Origin: Oopsacas minuta
Taxonomy: Eukaryota > Animalia > Porifera
NCBI GenBank assembly: GCA_024704765.1
Contig: JAKMXF010000210.1
Location: 496,001-560,000, forward strand
Reading direction: 5' to 3'
DNA length: 64,000 bases
Shown here: piece after piece, positions 1 to 8,600 of the stretch
Position numbering within the stretch: the stretch's first letter is position 1
Layout: each line of letters starts with the position of its first letter
Program-made: the position numbers and the translations under genes
The notes under the pieces: model-generated
The model's database searches: none
What the model saw: the letters and a program-made list of their open reading frames with translations, nothing else
What the model was told of the DNA's origin: nothing

Positions 1-1
1 A

Positions 2-2014
2 TTAGCTGATGCCCTACAGAATGCATTACAAATGAGTGAAAGTAAGCCTATTGCACCATTGGATAGTCCTAGTAGTGTTTGTGATAACGATATGAAACGA
101 GAACTTAAAGTACACATAGAAGCAGCTCTCCTTAACATGAGAGAGGGAACACCAGAAGCTACTAAGAAACATTTACATGTTATACAAGGCATCATTGAAC
201 ATATCTCTCTTAATCAGAACCCTGAAAATACTGGCACTAGTGACGAGTTTAGTTTCAATAATATTATTGTTGAGATTGATAATGATAAAGAAATGATGCG
301 ACAGGAGTTAGCTGAGTTCCAAGAAGCTTTCTCAGCTCTAGAGGAGGAGCTGGAAGAGGCACGAGCTACTCTGCAGTCTTTTCAGGATCAAGAAAAGGAT
401 TTAACTCAGAAAAACAGGATGATACAAGATCTACGTTCTCAGGTTTCAGATTTAAAACTTATAATTTCAACAGAGACACAACGCAATCAGCACGAAAAGT
501 CTAGCCCCGGTTCTTTAGGAGATGAGCACTCTATCACTGCTAGTCTGCTTGATAGTCCTCAGTCCAGGTTCTTAGAGCCCCGTCTATTCGTTACTCTGTT
601 TGACTATGATCCTATGAGTCTTTGCACTACAGGACATCCTGAGAGACAACTCCCTCTTAAAGCTGGTGATATTATAGTAGTGCATGGAGACATGAATGCT
701 ACTGCTCACTATCAAGCTACACACGGAGGTACTGCTGGATTAGTGCCTGCTAACTTCATAGAAGAATTGATAATATCAGATACATTAGCTAGACAGAGAC
801 TACTGCACCAGTCTCTGTCACCTGAGAAGAAGGATAGGATTAGAAGTGTAGGAGAAGAAGCTTATTCCTCAAGTGAAGACGACAACAACGAGGTTAGACA
901 CTCAGGAGTTAGAATTCCAATGTGTGTATCTGACCTCTGTGTTGATAAGGTATTTCAAGACAGTATTGTTCTCAGCTGGGAGCCTCCAAAATTATCTTCC
1001 TCCGGTAAATCTAATGGAGCTTACGTGCTAGGATACAGAGCTCTTGTTAACAATGAACCTAAGAAGGATGTGATCGGTGCCCTGCAGGTAAAGTGTTTGC
1101 TAGAAGGAATGACCTCGGGTGTCCCTCTAACTATTCAACTCATTACTCTATCTGATAATGATTTATGTTCACACCCCTGTACAATTCAACATCCACCAAT
1201 ATATTCCTCTCATTCACGGCCTTCTACAGCCTCTTCTCACTTCTCTCTCCCTGCTTCTCTAGCCGACACGATCTCCCCTGCTACCAGCTCATCCACCATT
1301 CTAGAACCTTCTCATAATGTGGTTGCTATCTACGACTATAATGCAATTATTGACTCACCTAATGATAACCACGAGTTTGAACTAAGCTTCAAAGGAGGCG
1401 ACTTAATTACTGTATTCGGATGTGTGATGGAAGATGGTTTCTACTTCGGAGAACTTAATGGGAAGAAAGGGCTTGTGCCTTCTAACTTTGTACAAGAGTA
1501 TTGCGAATCTGATATACAAACTCTAGATACAACTCGAGCTACGAATCAGAGCACGAACAGGCCACAGAGCTCAGATTCTCAATCTCTAATTGCCTCTACT
1601 CCAGATCCTCAGTTACCTAAATCGAAACAAGTACAGGTATTGGCTTTATACTCATACGATCCTTATACAATGTCTCCTAATGAAAATCCTGAAATAGAGC
1701 TGGCATTCAAAGAGGGTGATATATTAAGAATACAGCCTGATATGGATAAGTATGGGTTCTTTCAGGGTGAAATGGATGGGATTCAGGGTCTTATACCTTC
1801 TAACTTTGTTACTGAGTTAGATACTGATTTCAGTGAAGTACAGCTCGAACAAGCTAGCGGCGTTTCACCTCTTCCAGAAATCTTTTCTGACAATGATGCC
1901 GAGGATATTGCCAACCTCATCCAGGAAAAACCGCGAAAAGGTGTCTTCAAAAAGGGAAAGAATTTTGTAAAGAAGTTAGGACGCATAGGTTCTCCCAGAA
2001 ACCCCAAAACATAA
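2..2014 (+). CDS. RIMBP2: RIMS-binding protein-like (coiled coil - SH3 - FN3 - SH3 - SH3); probably 5'-truncated by the window edge
   Basis: Three RIMBP-type SH3 domains (LFVTLFDYDP..GLVPANFI; VVAIYDYNA..SPNDNHEFELSFKGGD..GLVPSNFV; VLALYSYDPYTMSPNENPEIELAFKEGD..GLIPSNFV) and one FN3 (IVLSWEPP..VLGYRALVN). The frame is open from position 2 (LADALQNALQM), so Met32 may be internal. No introns in the visible part. Confidence 0.85.
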   Translation, partial: LADALQNALQMSESKPIAPLDSPSSVCDNDMKRELKVHIEAALLNMREGTPEATKKHLHVIQGIIEHISLNQNPENTGTSDEFSFNNIIVEIDNDKEMMRQELAEFQEAFSALEEELEEARATLQSFQDQEKDLTQKNRMIQDLRSQVSDLKLIISTETQRNQHEKSSPGSLGDEHSITASLLDSPQSRFLEPRLFVTLFDYDPMSLCTTGHPERQLPLKAGDIIVVHGDMNATAHYQATHGGTAGLVPANFIEELIISDTLARQRLLHQSLSPEKKDRIRSVGEEAYSSSEDDNNEVRHSGVRIPMCVSDLCVDKVFQDSIVLSWEPPKLSSSGKSNGAYVLGYRALVNNEPKKDVIGALQVKCLLEGMTSGVPLTIQLITLSDNDLCSHPCTIQHPPIYSSHSRPSTASSHFSLPASLADTISPATSSSTILEPSHNVVAIYDYNAIIDSPNDNHEFELSFKGGDLITVFGCVMEDGFYFGELNGKKGLVPSNFVQEYCESDIQTLDTTRATNQSTNRPQSSDSQSLIASTPDPQLPKSKQVQVLALYSYDPYTMSPNENPEIELAFKEGDILRIQPDMDKYGFFQGEMDGIQGLIPSNFVTELDTDFSEVQLEQASGVSPLPEIFSDNDAEDIANLIQEKPRKGVFKKGKNFVKKLGRIGSPRNPKT

Positions 2015-2210
2015 CTGTACAACCCCGTCACTTCGAAATTATAATTTTGAACTAATCTATTTTGAGTTACCCCCTTATTTATCCTCCTTATATTACTTCT
2101 GTTAAGTTTAGGTTGTTAGAACAAGTATATCGTGTTATATTTGTTTGTATTATTATACTTTTATTATTTATTTATTTAATGTGATAATTATAACTTGTGT
2201 TATTAATTGG

Positions 2211-2250
2211 CACCTTAAAACACCTCAAAACACCTCAAAACACCTCAAAA
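2211..2250. repeat. 10-bp tandem repeat (CACCTCAAAA) x4
   Basis: caccttaaaa cacctcaaaa cacctcaaaa cacctcaaaa, read directly, between RIMBP and SDHAF4. Confidence 0.9.
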
Positions 2251-2343
2251 CCACCCAATTAAGTTGAGTAGAAAGTAGAACATGATTAATTATTCAGATT
2301 TATTGTTTGTCTCTTTATTAGTCACTGAATTATCACCCAACCA

Positions 2344-2649
2344 ATGCTTCATCTGCTAAGATATAATGCTAGAGTATTGCCTAGAATTCCTTTGCTATAC
2401 AACTTACAATCAACTCCCACAGTTACAATATACCAATTTTCAACAGACATTCCTACAGGTGATAACACTAATACTGAAAAAGCAAAGAATAAATGTAGGA
2501 AAGAAACAGCTCGCCCCAATGACGCATCTGTTCTAGATGAAGGGGGCGTACACGTTAATCCTGTTACTGGGGAAAGGGGTGGTCCCAGGGGTCTAGAACC
2601 CACCAGGTATGGGGACTGGGAGAGGAAAGGGAGAGTTAGTGATTTTTAA
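2344..2649 (+). CDS. SDHAF4: Succinate dehydrogenase assembly factor 4 (DUF1674), mitochondrial
   Basis: C-terminal family signature NPVTGERGGPRGLEPTRYGDWERKGRVSDF; basic presequence-like N-terminus. Confidence 0.95.
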   Translation: MLHLLRYNARVLPRIPLLYNLQSTPTVTIYQFSTDIPTGDNTNTEKAKNKCRKETARPNDASVLDEGGVHVNPVTGERGGPRGLEPTRYGDWERKGRVSDF

Positions 2650-2758
2650 TTTTAGAAATCATTTGCAGTTTGTGACGAATACTTCGAACGTTTTCTACTT
2701 TTCCAATGTAATTTGAATACAGATATTATTTTTAGCCTGTGTGTAGTATACACTAGAT

Positions 2759-5154
2759 ATGTCAGATTTATCTATCAAACTTGATTCAAAATCCCTGACT
2801 TCTCATCATATCTCTGAGTTCGAGGACTTAGATGAGTACTACATAGTGAGGAGGGGGCAGGCATTCACACTGACTGTAGAGACAAGCGATACTTCTCTAC
2901 TCCTAGACCAATTCCATCCCAAAGAAATATACTTACAGTATCCACAGAATTCGTCTAATGTTACTGTCCTAATCCCAGCTAAGAATTTCCGCATGACAGT
3001 CAGAAAAGCAACTTCTCTATCCACAACCGTAACACTAGATCCTCGTAGCACTCCTATAGCATCTCCAGCAAAGATATCAATCATTATAGAGCAAGTGAAG
3101 GGACCTGTCCGTAGGAGGAGGAGCTCAACTGGTACCCTACTAACATACATTATTATAGTTATGTAGTTATATGTAGATTTGTTTGTAATAGGAGATGAAT
3201 CTGCTTCTAAACTAGCTGCTATCGAATCTGAAGAGAGAACACTCTCAGTTCTGAGCGATAAAGAAATGGTTGTTTTGTTTAATCCATGGTGCAAAGAAGA
3301 TCTTGTCTACATGGAAGGAGAGGATAGACTGAGAGAGTATGTGTTAAGAGAGAGAGGAAGGATTTGGTGGGGAGGTAAGGCTTCTAGGGCCTGGTATTTT
3401 GGACAATTCGAGCCTCAATCTCTTTTGGCTCTGATTGAAGTAAGTTACATTTTGACTACAGTACATATATATTGTTGTAGTATAAATTCTCATAATAAAT
3501 AGATCATGAAAGAAGTTCAAATGGAAGATAAAACCTCTCCTATTTCGATAGCACGTGCTCTCAGTTACAGAGTTAATGACAGAGTATTAGTTGGGAATTG
3601 GAGTGGAGATTATTCAGGAGGCAAGGCTCCTACTGCTTGGACAGGCTCTGCAATGATTCTGAATCAATTTGTAAAATCAGGTGACATCGTGAAGTACGGT
3701 CAGTGCTGGGTATTCTCTGGTGTATTAACTACACTATGCAGAACAGCTGGTATAGCAGCTCGCTCTGTTACTAACTACGCATCAGCCCATGACTATAAAG
3801 ATACTGATAGGAAAGACTTAGAGATGACCGGTGGATACAATAGAATAGTAGATGTGTTTATTGATGAGAAAGGAAATGTATTGGATGACATGACCAATGA
3901 TTCTACATGGTACTCTCTTATACTTACTATTTGAAGTTAGTTTTATTGTAATCTATATTTCATACAGGAATTTCCATGTTTGGAATGAAGTTTGGATGCA
4001 GAGGCCTGATTTAGCCTCTGGGAGCTATGGAGGTTGGCAAGCTTTGGACTCTACGCCTCAAGAACTGAGTGATGGGAAATACCAGTGTGGACCTTGTCCA
4101 GTATTTGCAATCAAGTCTGGTAAATCAGTAAGATACGATACCATGTTCATATTCGGAGAGGTTAATGCTGATTATGTGCTACAACAGAGGCAAGCTGATT
4201 CTACTTTCAAAGAGGTTAGCCGAGTGTGTTTATTTTTGAAACTGATACTTGTTTTAAACTTACCCCTATTAGATATCAAGAGATATAGCACGGATTGGTA
4301 AGTTCATCAGTACTAAGAAGGTTGGTTCTGGGGGTAGAGAGGATCTAACCCTGGATTACAAGTTTGCAGAAGGATCTATTGAGGAGAGAATTGCTTTTAC
4401 CTCAATTGGTCGTGGAATTGGAGCGGGTACAGCTCCAGGTTTGTATTCTTATTTATTATTTAGGATATTTAATGGGTAATTTAATTATTGTATATCTTTA
4501 GTGAAACCAGACTTGAGTGTGGTATTTGACCTCCAAGATATTCAGGTCGGACAAGATGGTCAAGGAGTATTAAAAGTGGTTTCTAATTCCTCAGAAAATA
4601 GGACATTTTCTGTATCAATTCATGGATATTTGGTTCGTTACAATGGTGTTCGTATCACAAAGATTTTCACAACACAAGCTGAAGGTATTGTGATTGATGC
4701 TGGAACTTCTACTGAATTTAATCTCTCAGTTTTACAAGAGTACTACGAAGGCTGTATATTTGATAAAGTTTTCGTTCAATCCTTTACTTATGTTAAAATT
4801 GCTGAAACTGGCGAAACTTCCGTTAGCATTGATACAGCTAACTTCAAAACTGATCCTCCAATGATAACATTACCTATTTCAGTGAAAGCTGGGGAGTTAT
4901 TTGACATTCAAGTTAAATATACAAACACGCTTAAAAAAGCAACTCTCTCCAATCTCACTTTCGAATTATCTCCCATTCGTGGTGCAACCAAAGGATTTGA
5001 GAAGGTAGTTGCTGAATCTATGGCCCCAGGACAATCTATTGAGGAAGTAATTTCCACAAGCATTGCAAAAGCTGGAGATTATGAACTAGATTTCGATCTT
5101 ACTTGCAATCAACTGGGCTCGAATCCAGTTACATTCGAACTTAAAGTAGTATAA
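2759..5154 (+). CDS. Protein-glutamine gamma-glutamyltransferase (transglutaminase), 6 exons, 702 aa
   Basis: Exons 2759-3131, 3177-3439, 3503-3909, 3968-4214, 4273-4438 and 4502-5154 join through GT-AG introns of 45-63 nt into 2109 nt in frame. Catalytic triad intact: Cys (YGQCWVF), His (NFHVWNE), Asp ([10 protein letters not shown]). N-terminal beta-sandwich (VRRGQAF) and C-terminal barrels are present. Confidence 0.93.
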
Positions 5155-5605
5155 TAGCTGATAATTTTGTTGTTAGTAAGTCAGGCTAGAAATTCAAGTA
5201 CTCATTACATTTATTTTGTTCTAATTAGGTATAGTTTTTACAGAACTCTAAGTTAATACCTATTTTTTGTTTTGCTACTATTCTAATTATTAAGAAGATC
5301 GATAGATATTGCTTAATTATTCATTAGCTTAGTTCGCTGATATTTATTAAAATTCCCTTCAAACTGAGAGCCCTTTGTCTAAATTAGTTTAATCAATGAA
5401 TCAATCAAATGTACATGTATAATACATATCACAAATAATAATTGTGTATCTTGTTCATGGATTGACTAATACAAGGTTAGGATTGAGAGGTTAACAAGTT
5501 CACACGCTAATAACAAAGGGGATAAGATAATACTTTCATAGCACCTAATGTACTATAAATAAGTCTGAACTAATTAACGAATGAGTAAATACTTGTCTTG
5601 ATGAA

Positions 5606-8600
5606 TCATGAGTAGGTAAGCTCGATGGTACCCACAGCGTTGCAGATTTTATGTTCAAGATTATCGATGTAACGACATCTACAATAGTCAATAGTTTCCA
5701 CCTGACCAAGTATGCAGTCGCAATATTCGGTATTGTTTGGGAAATTCTTTTCACATTTACATCTTGCTTGTTGATCTACCGAGACAATTGTACACTCTCT
5801 CCCTCCAGGAAAGCATTCACAATTTCGGCACTGAGTTAATTCTTCTCTTGCCCGCACAAGAACCTCACTTGTGAGGGCATCAGTAATTGCGTCCCAGTTA
5901 CCGGTTTCATTTCTTCGAATAACCTTGAGATCCCAAACGTACCCTGTCGCATTTAGGGCGGTCTGTAGGTAGTCATTATGGATTTCCTCTCTTACTGAAT
6001 TATCTACAGTGTTTATAACCTCTGTATTTTCGAGTCTAAAAATCTCCTGAGAGCCTCCTACCCTATAGAAACATGTCTCAGCACTTGACACACCCAAACA
6101 ATCAATGGATGAGCCCCCATCATCTGTAGCTGTGAGAGTAACATCGATGATTTGAATAGGAATTATATTATTCTGTGTGAAAAGGTCCACGTAAAGTGAC
6201 CTACCAAAGTCAACGAAATTATTGAATAGAGAACTTGCAGCCTCAATCTCTTCGAAGCTGTCATAAAAGAAGTCTCTACGTTCATCTGTTACAAGGATGG
6301 CAAATCTTAAAGAATTTGGTCTTATTTGTGCGTATTTTTTCGCGAAATTCGTCGCTGCAAATCCATCTTCACGCTCCCCAATTTTAGGCAACCGCTTTAT
6401 TGTCTTTGTTACATTACTGTCATCGTTCATGTCGATTGTGAAATATACATTATCAGTAGGGCCACCTCTGTCAAGGTTTGGACCAACGAAATATGGGTTC
6501 TCTTTGTCACCTATACTGCCGAATGCGACAGCTGTGTATTGATTTTGATTGATTGTACTGTTTCCAACACAGCTTTCACGAAGTGAGCTCTCAAAACGTG
6601 GCAAGAAAGATCTCAAGAATTCATGTTCTGTATCCATAGATGCAGAAACGTCAATGATTAGTAAAATATCAGCGAAGAAATCTTCACCACAATCAGACTC
6701 GGTTAACAGGGTTTGACTCGCACCACAACATTCTACTGTAATTTCTACTGTACGAATATCTCCTGCACCATCTCTCTCAACACCTCTCTCAACACAGTCA
6801 TTACATGGACATTCAAATTCATATCTGTTTAGTCCAGTTACGACAGCCTGATATTTGTAGATGCAGAGATCTCTGATTGGTACCACGAGTTGATTTGGTC
6901 CACTGACGATTTGATCTGTGCGAATCAATTCAAGATTATTGTTTATTTCTCTGTGCCATTGAATTTCTTGGTCGAGAGAAAATGAATGAGCGAAGAGAGT
7001 GAGTGTTGCCTGTTTTGTTGCTATGTTAGAATCGCAGTTGGAGCATATTGTGCTGGTACTATCTGGATTGTTGTCACAAGAAACGACTGTCTGGACTATT
7101 AGATTGAAGGTATGTATGTCTTCTCCATACCGATTCCTAACAATAGAAGTATACTCTCCTGCACCATTAGATTGGAAGTTATGGATGATTATAGTCGCAG
7201 TATTACCTACATACTCAAAAGAGTAATCTACTCCTTGTATAAGTTCTACTCCTCCATAGAACCATTGGAAACTCCAAGGCCGTGTGCCCTCTCTGACAAT
7301 TCCTGTTATCCTCAGCTCTGAACCTGTCCTAGCAACAAGTGTTTGTCCGAATTGTGCCTGTGTCCCTGTGACTGTCCCTGAGATTGTCTTGTCCCATTTT
7401 GGTAAGATACCAATGGTAGTGAACTGTGTATCATTTCCGAATGCATTTTCTGCGATTAGAACATAGGAGCCCGCTATGTTGTCACCAACTTGTGAGAAAA
7501 CTAGATTATATGGATTTGTTTCAGAGACTGATGCATAGTTAGCTACTATGGATTGTTCAATAGGAATGAAATTCCCATTTACATCAACGTAGTACCAAGA
7601 TGTAGTGACAGGCTGTGTTCCCGCCCTGAGACGTGATCCAATTGTGAACATTGTCACTAGATCACCATCCAGTCCATAATACACTCTCTCTTCCATATTT
7701 CCAAATCCGCCTACATTGACTACCACATTGTCAGTTGTAATTGTGGTATTTCCTGAAGTCCATTCAAGGATTGGTGGTTCACCTCTAATACACGCTGAGC
7801 TTTCTTGACATGGCTGTAGGGTTCCTGACACACATCTGCACTCAACACATGCTTCCCTTTGTCCACATGCCAGACTGCTTCTTACGACAACATTGTTAAC
7901 AAATGCTTTGGTGAATGCATCTGTTTGGGAGCCCATCTTTTCGATGTCCCATGCGCTCCCTCCCCGACTCAAAGCTAACATAACATAGAAAATATCAATA
8001 GCTGACCCTGCTGAATTTTCTTTTACTTTACCTCCAGCTCTTTCTTCATAACCAGGCGGGTCTGATATGACTACTAATGCTTTTATACTACCATCAGTGT
8101 CTTTGTATATACCAAGTGCAGCATTTCCCTCACCATCTTCAAACTGAGCATCAACGATCACGTTTAGGATCACTTCTTCTCTGGCGAGTTCAGCTTCAAT
8201 AAAATCTCTGTCTAGTTCAGGAACAATAATATTACCATCCCGGAAACTCCCACAGTTAGCTCTTGGCCCATTTGTTATGAGTGTTATGTGTCGACACGAT
8301 TGATCTTGAAATTCTGCTGGGTATCTTCGCAGTGCTGAATAAATTGCGGCGTAACCGTCAGATGAAAATCCGGACGCTTCAAATTCGAACCCCACAATTA
8401 ATGGTGTAATTTCTACTGATGTACCACACAGGTCCTGAGGTGATATAGGGAATGATGTCCCATAACAACCCTCAGGTACACGATCATTATCTTGACCGAA
8501 TGTCATCAGACAGTACTGATTTAAACAAAGACTGTTCTCTTGCCCAAAGTTTATCTCAGCCAAGTTTCTTACCAGACGACCTGCAACATCTTTAACATTA

